The notes below the pieces were generated by a model. That model saw only the letters and a program-made list of their open reading frames with translations, was not told where the DNA came from and made no database searches. Shown here piece by piece: positions 1-10,119 of a stretch of DNA of 64,000 bases. A program made the translations under genes and the position numbers. How positions within the stretch are numbered: position 1 is the stretch's first letter; every line of letters starts with the position of its first letter. Source of the stretch: Bdellovibrio sp. (lineage in GTDB: Bacteria; Bdellovibrionota; Bdellovibrionia; Bdellovibrionales; Bdellovibrionaceae); contig JAKFBS010000003.1 of NCBI GenBank assembly GCA_036677065.1, positions 352,001 through 416,000 on the forward strand. Direction: 5' to 3'.

Positions 1-1081
1 CTAAATCATCACCAAAGAAATAATTTAATTTTACGCCGACGATATATTTGTCTGTAGGTTCGTCTCTTAGTTCTTTAAAAGAATCTGATTGATCGGGCTC
101 TAAGCCTTGGCCGGTGTATTTACCATAAACACTCAATTGCGGAACATCGTCAAAACGGGTGGCTTCATAATTACCAATAGCTGCTTCAGTTTTTAATTTT
201 TGAACTTTATAACGGCGAAGTGTTTTTATATCGCCAGTGAATTTTGCTGGCAACGGTTGAACTTTGTTCGCTGGTGCGACCATTTTGACTTCTTGATCTG
301 CCGGAATATTTAAAGCTGTTTTTAATTGCTGTAAGTTTGTCAGTAAAGTGTTGCGGTCTTCTAAGAAAGTCTGTTTGCGGGTTTCGTATTCAGCAAGCGC
401 TTGCTCAACTTCGCCGGCACTGGCGTAGCTGTTTTTTCTTTTGCTGCGAACATTTGAAACCAAGCGGTCATATTTTTTTAAAAGATCTTCGTTTTCCTGA
501 ACTGATTTCTGGCTGGCCTGTACGCGCCAGTACAAAGCTAAAATTTCTTTAGTTGCATCTAGCAGATCAATGTCTGTTTGCAGACGAGTACGTTCGACAT
601 CAGTTTCAGCGGCTTTAAGAGCCTGCATTTCGCCATTCGAATATAAATACGGAAATAAATTTTGCTCTAAACCAAAAGCATAATAGTTTTGCGCATACTC
701 TGCAGTACTTGCATCGTATTCAAGATTCGTCAGTTCTAAGCTAGTCGCTGTGCCAGTTTGAAAGCGTTTATTTATAATTAGAGTAGTTTTTGTTTTGCCT
801 GAATCATTAGGTAAAAATGTTGAAGTCGATTCTGTCTTATCTTTTTCTAATGAATAATCAAAGTTGAAACCTAAACGATAGGCTCCGTTTAATATTTGGT
901 AGTTAAACTGACTAGAAAGATTTCTATTTACAATCTCTTTGTAGTTAATGCTCTGAGATTGCACCAGACGAATAACATCAGCATCGCTGAGTTGTAGAGG
1001 AGAGGTATCTGACATAGCGGGTTGTGAAACGAAACACAATATCGACAAAGCCATTATTCGGACATAGGATTTATTCATCAT
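1..1081 (-). CDS. TolC-family outer membrane efflux protein (partial, runs off window start)
   Basis: Not in the ORF track. Manual minus-strand translation from ATG 1081 or 1078 stays open to position 1: MMNKSYVRIMALSILCFVSQPAMSD (signal peptide), long helical segments (ALYWRVQASQKSVQENEDLL, EVEQALAEYE), then PQLSVYGKY...YIVGVKLNYFF beta strands typical of OEP repeats. Sits next to an RND gene. Confidence 0.8.
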   Translation of the reverse strand, partial: MMNKSYVRIMALSILCFVSQPAMSDTSPLQLSDADVIRLVQSQSINYKEIVNRNLSSQFNYQILNGAYRLGFNFDYSLEKDKTESTSTFLPNDSGKTKTTLIINKRFQTGTATSLELTNLEYDASTAEYAQNYYAFGLEQNLFPYLYSNGEMQALKAAETDVERTRLQTDIDLLDATKEILALYWRVQASQKSVQENEDLLKKYDRLVSNVRSKRKNSYASAGEVEQALAEYETRKQTFLEDRNTLLTNLQQLKTALNIPADQEVKMVAPANKVQPLPAKFTGDIKTLRRYKVQKLKTEAAIGNYEATRFDDVPQLSVYGKYTGQGLEPDQSDSFKELRDEPTDKYIVGVKLNYFFGDDL

Positions 1082-1111
1082 AGTTATACACATACAGTCT
1101 TGGAGCTTAGC

Positions 1112-4100
1112 ATGCGAATTTCTGATATCTCAATTAAAAATCCAGTTATGGCATGGATGATCATGGCCTTTCTGATGGTGTTCGGTGCGATCTCCTTTTC
1201 ACGCATGGGAATCAGCCAATTTCCTGATGTAGATTTTCCGTCAGTGAATGTTTCTATTTCGTTACCGGGAGCTTCGCCTGAAGTGATCGAAGCTAATATT
1301 GTTGAGCCGGTAGAAGACGTGCTGACGACTCTTGAAGGTATTAAAGGTTTATCGTCATCAAGTCGCAGTGGTGTTGGTAACATTTCTGTCGAGTTTGACT
1401 TAGATCGCGGTATTGATGCTGCTTTACAAGAAGTGCAAACTAAAGTTTCACTGGCGCAAAGACGACTTCCAAAAGATGCCGAGTCTCCAATTATCACTAA
1501 GTCAAATCCAGACGATCAGCCGATCATCTGGTTGGCAGTAACTACCGATTCAGGCGATCGCCGTGAATTAATGAAATACACGCAAGAATACTTAAAAGAT
1601 CAGTTCACTTCAGTCTTGGGTGTGGGTGATGTGATTTTAGGTGGCTTTACTGACCCGATTTTAAAAGTGCAGGTGATTCCAGAAAAATTAAATCGCTATA
1701 ATATTACTGTGCTTGATGTGATTAATACGATTCAGGCAGAACACAGCGAGCTTCCGGGTGGCCAGGTTGATGATAGCAAATTTGTATTTAACGTTCGTGT
1801 AAAAGGTGAAGCCAAAACTTTAGAAGAGTTTCGTAGCATCATCGTTTCAAAACGCGCAGGGCAAACGGTTGCAGATCCATCGCTAAGAGTACGTCTATCA
1901 GATGTTGCAGATATTCAGTTGGCCTTAGCTGATGATAAACGTTTTTCACGCTTTAATGAAAAACTGGCTGTCGGTATCGGGATCAAAAAACAACGTGGTA
2001 CGAATGCGGTAGCTGTTGCCCGTGCAGTTAAAGCACGCATGGAAGACATGAAAAAGACTCTTCAGCCGGGTTATCATTTAAGTGTAAACTTTGATACCAC
2101 ACGGTTTATCGAGCGCTCGATTGCAGAATTGAATAAACATTTATTAATGGCCGTTATTTTAACAGCTTTTGTCTGCTGGTTGTTCTTAGGCAGTTTCACC
2201 GCGACGATTAACGTGCTGTTGTCGATTCCAACATCAATTCTTGGAACTTTCATTGCGTTATATTTTTTAGGTTTTACTTTAAATACGTTCACACTTTTAG
2301 GTTTAACTTTAGCGATTGGTATCGTGGTCGATGATGCGATCATGGTGTTAGAAAATATTTTTAGGTATAATGAAAAAGGTAAAAACCAAATCGAATCGGC
2401 CATCATCGGCGCGCGTGAAATCACGTTCGCAGCGATTGCAGCCACTGCTGCAGTTATCGCGATCTTCTTGCCGGTGGCCTTTATGGAAGGCGTGGTTGGT
2501 AAGTTCTTCTTACAATTCGGGATCACGATTTCATTTGCGGTGTTTTTATCACTGATCGAAGCCTTAACGATCACGCCAATGCGTTGTGCTTCTTTCGTAC
2601 AGCATTCACACCGCACAACTAGAATCGGTAAAGCTTTTGATGTGTTTTTTGAAAATTTAACCAACAGCTACCGTAAATCATTAATTTGGTCGGTAAATCA
2701 TAAGTGGAAAGTCTTCGGCAGTTCTGTTGTTATTATGCTGTTATGTTTTGTGTTAGTGAAATTTATCCCAAAAGAATTCACTCCAGCGCAAGAATCAGGT
2801 TTATTAATGACTCGGATTAATTTACCAACCGGAACTGCTTTTGCAGTCACGAACGAGGCCACAAAAAAAGTTGAAAGACACTTGCTTGAAGATCCCAATG
2901 TTTTACAAGTTTTTACAAGTGTCGGTGGATTTTCGGGTTCTGGGGCCGATACCAATACTGCGATGATGTTTGTATCATTAAAACCAAAAGCTGAACGAAC
3001 GATGTCGCAGGCAGATTTTGTTAAAAAAACTCGTGAAGATCTTAAGCAATACGTAAAAGGCCGGGTGTCGATGCAAGATCCATCGGCGCGTGGCTTCGGC
3101 GGCGGCGGCCGTGGTTTTCCGGTCGAGTTCGTCATCAAAGGCCCTGAATGGGAAGACTTATCAGCTCAAGCCGATAAAATCATGGAAGACATGAAAGCCA
3201 GTGGTTTAATGACAGACGTTGATACCAACTTGTTACAAGGGCTTCCTGAAATTCAAATTGTGCCAGATCGTGATCGCGCAACGGCAACTGGTGTGAGTGT
3301 GAATAGCGTAGCTAGTACGATCAACGCCATGATCGGCGGCGTGCGCGTCGGTCAGTACGCCGATGGCGGTAAACGCTATGATATTCGTGTTGATTTGCAA
3401 AAAACCGACGATCAAATCAGAGATCTAGAAAAACTATCTATTTCAAATTCAAAAGGTAATTTGTTGCCCCTTTCAAGAATCGTTCAGTTTAATAAAGCAA
3501 AAACTCTGCAGCAAATTAATCGCGATAACCGCTTACGTTCAATTTCGATTTATGCCAATTTAGAAAAAGGCGTAAAAACAGAACAAGCGATGAGTTTTGT
3601 GCGCGAAAAAGCTAAAGGCTTAAAACAACGCTACTTCATCGAAGAATTCGGGACGTCGAAGGCCCAAAAAGATTCGTTCGCTGGTTTAGCTTTAGCCTTG
3701 GTGTTAGGTTTAGTTGTGGCTTACATGATTTTAGCAGCACAATTTAATTCATTCATCGATCCGGTCACGATCTTAATGGCCTTACCATACAGTATTGCGG
3801 GCGCGTTCATCGGCTTATTTATCACCGGACAAAGTTTAAATATTTATTCAATGATCGGGGTGTTATTACTGATGGGCATCGTGAAAAAGAATTCGATCTT
3901 GCTGGTCGAATTCGCCAATGGCGTGCGTGATCGTAAAGCCGGTAACGAAACCCCAGAAAATGCCATGATCGAAGCCGGGCCAACGCGTCTTCGCCCGATT
4001 CTTATGACATCGTTTGCAACAGTTGCAGGGGCGATTCCAACAGCGATTGCCCGCGGTGAGGGTGCCGAGCTAACGCGTTCTATGGCCGTCACAATTATTT

Positions 4101-4243
4101 TCGGAGTATTGTTTTCGACGTTACTAACATTATACGTGATTCCGGCATTGTATGTGATGTTCGAAAAATTTAAAACGCGCAGTAAAAACCAACAAGAAGT
4201 AAAAAAAGCATTTGCCTCTGCAGGCGATCAAGGAATGGACTAA
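1112..4243 (+). CDS. RND efflux transporter permease (AcrB/MdtB-like, HAE1)
   Basis: About 1043 aa. Motifs FPDVDFP, GIVVDDAIMVLEN, GIVKKNSILLVEF, RLRPILMT retain the proton-relay residues. ATG 1112 follows GGAG at 1102-1105. Confidence 0.95.
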   Translation: MRISDISIKNPVMAWMIMAFLMVFGAISFSRMGISQFPDVDFPSVNVSISLPGASPEVIEANIVEPVEDVLTTLEGIKGLSSSSRSGVGNISVEFDLDRGIDAALQEVQTKVSLAQRRLPKDAESPIITKSNPDDQPIIWLAVTTDSGDRRELMKYTQEYLKDQFTSVLGVGDVILGGFTDPILKVQVIPEKLNRYNITVLDVINTIQAEHSELPGGQVDDSKFVFNVRVKGEAKTLEEFRSIIVSKRAGQTVADPSLRVRLSDVADIQLALADDKRFSRFNEKLAVGIGIKKQRGTNAVAVARAVKARMEDMKKTLQPGYHLSVNFDTTRFIERSIAELNKHLLMAVILTAFVCWLFLGSFTATINVLLSIPTSILGTFIALYFLGFTLNTFTLLGLTLAIGIVVDDAIMVLENIFRYNEKGKNQIESAIIGAREITFAAIAATAAVIAIFLPVAFMEGVVGKFFLQFGITISFAVFLSLIEALTITPMRCASFVQHSHRTTRIGKAFDVFFENLTNSYRKSLIWSVNHKWKVFGSSVVIMLLCFVLVKFIPKEFTPAQESGLLMTRINLPTGTAFAVTNEATKKVERHLLEDPNVLQVFTSVGGFSGSGADTNTAMMFVSLKPKAERTMSQADFVKKTREDLKQYVKGRVSMQDPSARGFGGGGRGFPVEFVIKGPEWEDLSAQADKIMEDMKASGLMTDVDTNLLQGLPEIQIVPDRDRATATGVSVNSVASTINAMIGGVRVGQYADGGKRYDIRVDLQKTDDQIRDLEKLSISNSKGNLLPLSRIVQFNKAKTLQQINRDNRLRSISIYANLEKGVKTEQAMSFVREKAKGLKQRYFIEEFGTSKAQKDSFAGLALALVLGLVVAYMILAAQFNSFIDPVTILMALPYSIAGAFIGLFITGQSLNIYSMIGVLLLMGIVKKNSILLVEFANGVRDRKAGNETPENAMIEAGPTRLRPILMTSFATVAGAIPTAIARGEGAELTRSMAVTIIFGVLFSTLLTLYVIPALYVMFEKFKTRSKNQQEVKKAFASAGDQGMD

Positions 4244-4245
4244 GT

Positions 4246-5289
4246 ATGATTCACGCAACAGCTTATGGTGTTAAAGATAAAGAAACTCAATTTGAACCGA
4301 TGCAAATCGAACGTCGCGATCCAAAACCAGACGATGTCGTCATTGAAATCGCCTACTCAGGAATTTGCCATTCAGACATTCACACCGCACGTGGTGAATG
4401 GGCAGGAACAAAATACCCATGTGTTCCAGGACATGAAATCGTGGGGCATGTAATTGCTGTCGGAAAAAAAGTTAAAAAATTTAAACTAGGTGAACCCGTT
4501 GGCGTTGGCTGTATGGTTGATTCCTGCGGTAAGTGCGCACAATGCAAAAACAACGAAGAGCAATTCTGCGAAAAGGGTGCAACGTACACTTACAACTCTC
4601 CGACAAAAGACAGCGGCGGTTACACTATGGGTGGATACGCTTCGCACATCACAGTTAGGCAAGACTTCGTTTTAAAAATTAAAAAAGGATTACCGCTTGA
4701 TAAAATCGCTCCATTACTTTGCGCGGGCATTACAACTTATTCTCCGCTAAAACGTTATGGCACTAAAAAAGGTAAAAAAGTTGGCGTCGTAGGTCTTGGT
4801 GGTTTAGGTCACATGGCCGTAAAAATCGCAAAAGCCATGGGAGCAGAAGTCACAGTATTTAGTACTTCTCCAGAAAAAGAAGCAGATGCGAAAAAACTTG
4901 GAGCGAAACATTTCGTCTATTCAAAAGATGCTGCGAACTTTGTACCGTTAACGAAAAAATTCGATTTAATTATTAATTCAGTTTCTGCCAGCCACAATTT
5001 AACTCCGTACTTAGGAATTTTAAAAATTGACGGCACGATGGTGTTATTAGGTGTACCAGCTGATCTTAGCCAAGTAGCAGCAGGAGCCTTAATCAGTGGG
5101 CGTAAACGTCTGACAGGATCATTAATCGGCGGCATCAAAGAAACTCAAGAAATGTTAAATTTTTGCATGAGCAAAAAAGTATTTTCAGAAATTGAATTGA
5201 TCGATGCATCTGAAATTAACAAAGCTTACGATCGCACAGTAAGTGGCGATGTTAAATATCGTTTTGTAATCGATGCTAAGACGTTTTAA
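4246..5289 (+). CDS. Zn-dependent NAD(P) alcohol dehydrogenase (CAD/YahK-like)
   Basis: GICHSD, GHEIVG, structural Zn CGKCAQC...C, PLLCAGITTY, GLGGLGH, YRFVID. Confidence 0.93.
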   Translation: MIHATAYGVKDKETQFEPMQIERRDPKPDDVVIEIAYSGICHSDIHTARGEWAGTKYPCVPGHEIVGHVIAVGKKVKKFKLGEPVGVGCMVDSCGKCAQCKNNEEQFCEKGATYTYNSPTKDSGGYTMGGYASHITVRQDFVLKIKKGLPLDKIAPLLCAGITTYSPLKRYGTKKGKKVGVVGLGGLGHMAVKIAKAMGAEVTVFSTSPEKEADAKKLGAKHFVYSKDAANFVPLTKKFDLIINSVSASHNLTPYLGILKIDGTMVLLGVPADLSQVAAGALISGRKRLTGSLIGGIKETQEMLNFCMSKKVFSEIELIDASEINKAYDRTVSGDVKYRFVIDAKTF

Positions 5290-5611
5290 TTTTTTATTCT
5301 TTGCTCTACTTGTCACAAGTTGTGCGACTCGTCCGTGGGTTAAGCATCCTATGGATGAGATGCCAGATGTATCCTGCCAAACGGGTAGTGAGGCTGGATA
5401 TGACATCTATATATGGAAGTGTTTTAAAAATAAAAAAAATGTTATTTTTCAAAAATCAGCAGGTCTCTACTCTTTTCCTGCACAAAAACAAATAGCTGAG
5501 TGTGCAGGCGAGACTGACTTTGAGAAAGAAATTGAGTTTTCTTCCAGAAATACTGAAATTTGTAACAAAAGAAAACCACCAGAATGGATTCTTAGTAAAT
5601 CTTTAGAATAA
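5273..5611 (+). CDS. Putative small lipoprotein, unknown function
   Basis: Basic N-terminus, hydrophobic stretch and lipobox LVTS-C. Overlaps the upstream stop. Confidence 0.65.
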   Translation: MLRRFNFLFFALLVTSCATRPWVKHPMDEMPDVSCQTGSEAGYDIYIWKCFKNKKNVIFQKSAGLYSFPAQKQIAECAGETDFEKEIEFSSRNTEICNKRKPPEWILSKSLE

Positions 5612-5613
5612 TT

Positions 5614-5838
5614 TTACTTCGCTAATAACCCGTAGCCGACTAGGCCGGGTATTACGATATACAAAAGCGAATCACGAATTAAATAATACACGAAAAAAAT
5701 CGCAAATAATTTCCAGCCATGTTTTTTAAACGTGGCTTTCATGCCGAGCGTTTTGAAATCATGCTTCAACAGGTGGAAGAGGTCTTTGGCTTTCGTGATA
5801 AGAGATGAAATCTTGCTTGGTGATTGGCTTGAGGCCAT
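5614..5838 (-). CDS. Small membrane protein, hypothetical (start uncertain)
   Basis: C-terminal part of ORF 5614..5952: KKHGWKLFAIFFVYYLIRDSLLYIVIP hydrophobic segment. It fills the gap downstream of the YkgJ gene; ATG 5838 was chosen to limit overlap. Confidence 0.5.
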   Translation of the reverse strand: MASSQSPSKISSLITKAKDLFHLLKHDFKTLGMKATFKKHGWKLFAIFFVYYLIRDSLLYIVIPGLVGYGLLAK

Positions 5839-6169
5839 GTTTCGCGCGGGCTTCGTCGCAACGGGAATTGTAGACTCCAGCTTCATAACTGGCTTGAAAA
5901 TTCCTGCAAGGAGACGGGCGATTAGCGTAGATTTCACAGGTAACAAACTCACCGATTCGGCCTTTTAAGGCAACACATTTTGGATGGTGTTTGTCTTCGG
6001 TGCCTTTGAGAATTCTGACCCGATCATCTGCATCGAGCCAATAATTGGCAGGGACAGGATGGTCAGAGTCTGCCTTTTGTGCCTCACGCCAGTAAAACTG
6101 AACGCGGTAGCTGGCGCAGCATGCACCACAAGATTGGCAGGGGTGTAATGGTTGTTTGTTCCGTCCCAT
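5759..6169 (-). CDS. YkgJ-family cysteine-cluster (CxxCxxCC) Fe-S/Zn protein
   Basis: PCQSCGACC, CVALKG, CEIYANRPSPCRNF, CDEARAKHGL. Confidence 0.88.
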   Translation of the reverse strand: MGRNKQPLHPCQSCGACCASYRVQFYWREAQKADSDHPVPANYWLDADDRVRILKGTEDKHHPKCVALKGRIGEFVTCEIYANRPSPCRNFQASYEAGVYNSRCDEARAKHGLKPITKQDFISYHESQRPLPPVEA

Positions 6170-6194
6170 GCCAAAATTGTGAACTGCTTATGGA

Positions 6195-6527
6195 TTACTT
6201 GTCAGCTTTTTCCTCAGTCTTCTCTGCTTTTTCTGCTGCTTTTTTAGCTTTCCATTCTTTTTTCTCGTTGCGTAATGATTTTGTTGAAGATTTGCAACCT
6301 TCAGAGATCACGAAATCTTTATGTTCTTTTTTGTAAGCGTGTAAGCATTTTAGTAATCCATCGCCCACGACTTTATCCGCACAACCCGCTTTTTCTGCAT
6401 CAGCTGCACAAGCTGCATTGACGGCGGCTTTATGTTCAGCGGCTTTAGCTTTGTGTTCAGCTTTGTGCCCGTCAGCGAAGGCGAATACAGAAGCGGCGAT
6501 AACGATGATGGCTAGTGCTTTTTTCAT
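6195..6527 (-). CDS. Secreted small Cys-rich, Lys/Ala-rich protein
   Basis: Signal peptide MKKALAIIVIAASVFAFA. ACAADAEKAGC...KCL...ISEGCK resembles a cysteine-rich repeat. Confidence 0.8.
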   Translation of the reverse strand: MKKALAIIVIAASVFAFADGHKAEHKAKAAEHKAAVNAACAADAEKAGCADKVVGDGLLKCLHAYKKEHKDFVISEGCKSSTKSLRNEKKEWKAKKAAEKAEKTEEKADK

Positions 6528-6617
6528 AGAATTTTTCTTTCTGCGTGTTCAAGAACACGACTTGGTTATTAATTGGGTACATAAATAGCCTAAATGAAAG
6601 GCCATGGCAGCCAAAGC

Positions 6618-6645
6618 CTATCGGCTAAACCATTAAAATCGTTGA
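6618..6645 (-). promoter_or_regulatory. Candidate sigma28 (FliA) promoter for the 6527 gene
   Basis: Minus strand TCAAC-N15-GCCGATAG versus consensus TAAAG...GCCGATAA. Confidence 0.55.
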
Positions 6646-6716
6646 ATTATATTTAGGGTAAATTAATATAGCTTTGAATCAAACTGGACCAAAGTAATAA
6701 CTTTCACGGGGGATGT

Positions 6717-7685
6717 ATGTCGAAGTTTCTATTAGTGTTCTGTCTTTTAGTGTCTCAATTTGCGTTTGCATTGAAAATCGGTCTAGTTCTCGATAAAGGT
6801 GGCAAAGACGATAAGTCGTTTAACTCTGCTGCGTACGCCGGTGCAAAGAAAGCCGAAAAAGAATTGGGCATTGAATTAAAATACGTTGAAGCCACAGATA
6901 ATAATTCACTAGAAACTCTACACAGAAATTTCGCGCAAAAAAAATATGATCTGGTGATCGGCATCGGCTTCGCGCAAACTGATGCGATCAAAAAAGTTTC
7001 GGCCTTATTTCCTGATACAAAATTTGCGATCGTTGATGGCGAAGTGAACGCTAAAAATGTTCGTTCATTATTATTTGAAGAGCACGAAGGTTCATACCTT
7101 GTGGGTGCGGCTGCTGCGATGAAATCAAAAACGGGTGTTGTTGGTTTTATCGGTGGAATGGATATTCCGTTAATCCGCAGATTTCAAAAAGGTTTTGAAG
7201 CCGGTATTAAATCAGTGAATCCAAAAGCTACAATTTTAGTAAGCTACATCGGTGTAACTGGTGAAGCCTGGAATAACCCGGCTAAAGCCAAAGAAATCGC
7301 ATTATCACAAGTCTCACAAAAAGCAGATGTGATCTTTCACGCCGCTGGCGCTTCTGGTTCAGGATTATTTGATGCTGCTGCTGATAAAAAGATTTTTGCC
7401 ATCGGTGTCGATTCAAATCAAAACTGGGTAAAACCAGGCGTAGTGTTAACATCAATGTTAAAAAAAGTTGATGTGGCTGTATTTGAAACTATCAAATCAG
7501 TTAAAGGCGCAACATTTCAAGCGGGCATTAACCGTTTTGGTTTAAAAGACGGTGGTATTGACTGGGCTTTAGATGAACACAATAAATCTTTGTGGTCGGC
7601 CGTTGAAATCGAAAAATTAGCTCAAGTTAAAAAATCAATTGTTACTGGAAAAGTTACGGTTCCAGATTATTACAAAACTAAATAG
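6717..7685 (+). CDS. BMP-family ABC substrate-binding protein (nucleoside)
   Basis: GGKDDKSFN, FEEHEGSYLVG, GFIGGMDIPLI, ADVIFHAAG, AIGVDSNQ, LTSMLKKVD. Confidence 0.93.
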   Translation: MSKFLLVFCLLVSQFAFALKIGLVLDKGGKDDKSFNSAAYAGAKKAEKELGIELKYVEATDNNSLETLHRNFAQKKYDLVIGIGFAQTDAIKKVSALFPDTKFAIVDGEVNAKNVRSLLFEEHEGSYLVGAAAAMKSKTGVVGFIGGMDIPLIRRFQKGFEAGIKSVNPKATILVSYIGVTGEAWNNPAKAKEIALSQVSQKADVIFHAAGASGSGLFDAAADKKIFAIGVDSNQNWVKPGVVLTSMLKKVDVAVFETIKSVKGATFQAGINRFGLKDGGIDWALDEHNKSLWSAVEIEKLAQVKKSIVTGKVTVPDYYKTK

Positions 7686-7690
7686 TTTTC

Positions 7691-9085
7691 GTGTCTGTGT
7701 TGAACCTGATCGAATTTAATAATATTTCGAAAAGCTACGGAAGCTGCGTTTCCTTAGATCAGGTTCATTTTTCTATTTTAAAAAATCAAATTCATGCAGT
7801 GATCGGCGAAAACGGTGCAGGTAAATCCACGCTGATGAAAGTATTAACGGGCATTGTGCCTCCTTCATCAGGAGCGATGGTCTTGCGCGGTAAAGCCTAC
7901 GAGCCGCAATCTGCGCAAGATTCATTTCGCGAAAAAATCGGTTTTGTACACCAGCACTTTCAATTAGCTGATGAGTTAACCGGTTGGGATCATCTGGATC
8001 TTGTCGCGCGCACCCAAAACATCGATCGTAAGCGTTTAGTAGACTTGGTCAGAGAAAAACAAGCGAAGTTTAAATGGAATCTGCCATTAGATAAAAAAAT
8101 CAAAGCTTATAGCATTGGTGAACAGCAGCGCTTAGAAATTTTACGCGTATTGATCTTAGAGCCTGAGATCATTATCTTTGATGAACCCACGGCCGTACTA
8201 AGCCCCGATGAGATCGAAGATTTTTTGGATTTTATGTTAGATCTAAAAAAACAAGGCCATACATTGATTTTAATTTCACATAAATTAAACGAAATTAAAA
8301 AAGTCGCAGATCATGTGACGATTTTATGCCGTGGCCAATTAATCGCCTCGGATTCCGGCGCAAATTTTACCATCGAGCAAATGGCCGAAAAAATGATCGG
8401 TCGTAAACAGCAAGCCCTTGTGCAAGCTGCGGCAGCGAGTTCAGGTACAAGCTATGATTTAAACTTAATCGGTTTAAAACTTAATAATAACGAAATTTTA
8501 GGAGTAGCTGGCGTTGATGGCAACGGCCAAGAAGATTTTATTTTTAAATTACGCCAGAATATCGGCTTATTAAAATTAAAGTTCGGCGATATTTCTGAAG
8601 ATCGTTACCGCTACAGCATTTACCCGAAACAAAACTTGATCGAAAATTTTTTAATTCGCCACCGCGAGACTTTTACGCGCATGGGCTTGGTTAAAAAGAC
8701 TTTGGTTCGCCGTGAAGTCGAAAAAATCATTGCTGATTGGGACGTGCGCCCAGCTCAAAGTGATATGATCATGGGTGAATTTTCTGGCGGTAACCAGCAA
8801 AAGTTCGTGATCGGTCGTGAACTTTGGCATAACCCCGATGTGATCTTGGCTGCGCACCCTTCGCGCGGAGTCGACATTGGCGCGCAAGAAAAAATTCATC
8901 AAGCCCTGTTAGATCAAAAGAAAAATCACCGTGCCGTGGTGTTATTATCATCAGATTTAGATGAAGTGTTAAAGTTATCAGATCGTTTTGTGATTTTATT
9001 CAAAGGCGCTATCAAGGGGCCATACATGAAGGGCTCATTAAACAGCAGTCAAATCAGTCAGATCATGAACGGTGTTGATCTATGA
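7691..9085 (+). CDS. Nucleoside/sugar ABC transporter ATPase (tandem domains, CUT2)
   Basis: GENGAGKST, IFDEPTAVL, ISHKL, SGGNQQK, PSRGVDIGA. Confidence 0.92.
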   Translation: MSVLNLIEFNNISKSYGSCVSLDQVHFSILKNQIHAVIGENGAGKSTLMKVLTGIVPPSSGAMVLRGKAYEPQSAQDSFREKIGFVHQHFQLADELTGWDHLDLVARTQNIDRKRLVDLVREKQAKFKWNLPLDKKIKAYSIGEQQRLEILRVLILEPEIIIFDEPTAVLSPDEIEDFLDFMLDLKKQGHTLILISHKLNEIKKVADHVTILCRGQLIASDSGANFTIEQMAEKMIGRKQQALVQAAAASSGTSYDLNLIGLKLNNNEILGVAGVDGNGQEDFIFKLRQNIGLLKLKFGDISEDRYRYSIYPKQNLIENFLIRHRETFTRMGLVKKTLVRREVEKIIADWDVRPAQSDMIMGEFSGGNQQKFVIGRELWHNPDVILAAHPSRGVDIGAQEKIHQALLDQKKNHRAVVLLSSDLDEVLKLSDRFVILFKGAIKGPYMKGSLNSSQISQIMNGVDL

Positions 9086-10119
9086 TAAAACGCATAGATT
9101 TTTCTAGTTTAATCGGCTTTTTTGTCGGCGTAGCCCTGAGCAGTATCCTAGTTCTATTGTTCAAAGAAAACCCAGGTGATGTACTTAAAGTTTTAAGCGG
9201 AAGCTTTTTACAAAGTAAATTCGATATGGGTTTAACAATGTTCTACACGACTTGTTTTGCTTTTGCAGGCTTAGCATTTTCAATTCCATTTAAAGCCGGC
9301 TTATTTCATATTGGTGCTGAAGGGCAGATTGTTCTATCAGCAATGATGGCAGCCGTTATGGGAATCATCTTACCTGAATCATTAGGTACGCTCGGTATTA
9401 TTTTAATTTGTTTGGCCACCATGGTGCTGGGTGTTCTGAGTGCGCAGGCGATTGCATTTTTTAAAGTGTATAAACAAGGCCATGAAGTTGTCGTGGCGAT
9501 CATGCTTAATTTTGTTTTTGCAGCGATTGCAACGTATGTGGTTTTGCAAAACTACCAAAACACTGAATCACAAAATCCTGAAAGTTCTTTAATTAAACCA
9601 GCTTTTCAAATTGCAAAAAGTGATAGCCTAAAAGCATTTTTTGAAAACTCAGCCGTGAGCAGTTTTTTAATTGTGGCAGTAATCAGTTGTTTAGCGGTTT
9701 GGTTTTTTGAAACTAAAACTAAATGGGGCTTAGAAATCAAAGCTTTCGGCGAAAACCCAACAGCCGCAGAACGCATGGGCATCTCGGCTAAGAAAGTTAA
9801 TTTTTTGGCTCTGGGTATTGCCGGCTTTTTTTCAAGCCTTGTAGGCTTAACTGAAGTGTTAGGCAGTACGTTCCAATACAAAGTCGGCTTTTCTCCGGCG
9901 TACGGGTTTTTAGGAATCGTAGTTGCGCTATTAGCGCAAGGTCATCCGATCGGCATTTTATTTTCTAGTTTTATTATGGCGGTTTTACACAAAGGGGCTT
10001 CTGACCTTGATTTAGAAACACAATTTCTAACCCGCGATTTTTCAAAGGTATTACAAGCCATTATTATTTTCAGTGTAGCCGGTGCAGTTTATTTAAATCA
10101 TAGAAGGAAGAAGTCATGA
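9082..10119 (+). CDS. Nucleoside ABC transporter permease
   Basis: Multi-TM; GLFHIGAEGQ, HEVVVAIMLN, GENPTAA, GFLGIVVALL. ATGA overlap with upstream gene. Confidence 0.9.
   Translation: MIKRIDFSSLIGFFVGVALSSILVLLFKENPGDVLKVLSGSFLQSKFDMGLTMFYTTCFAFAGLAFSIPFKAGLFHIGAEGQIVLSAMMAAVMGIILPESLGTLGIILICLATMVLGVLSAQAIAFFKVYKQGHEVVVAIMLNFVFAAIATYVVLQNYQNTESQNPESSLIKPAFQIAKSDSLKAFFENSAVSSFLIVAVISCLAVWFFETKTKWGLEIKAFGENPTAAERMGISAKKVNFLALGIAGFFSSLVGLTEVLGSTFQYKVGFSPAYGFLGIVVALLAQGHPIGILFSSFIMAVLHKGASDLDLETQFLTRDFSKVLQAIIIFSVAGAVYLNHRRKKS

Noticed and set aside
1084..4092. Several antisense ORFs inside the RND gene, and similar ones inside nuo, mla, phn and rib genes
   Set aside because: Codon-symmetry shadows of well-supported genes, with no motifs of their own.
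6588..6632. GCCAAAGCCTATCGGCTAAACC as a c-di-GMP riboswitch fragment
   Set aside because: The aptamer core is incomplete; a minus-strand sigma28 -10 box (GCCGATAG) explains it better.
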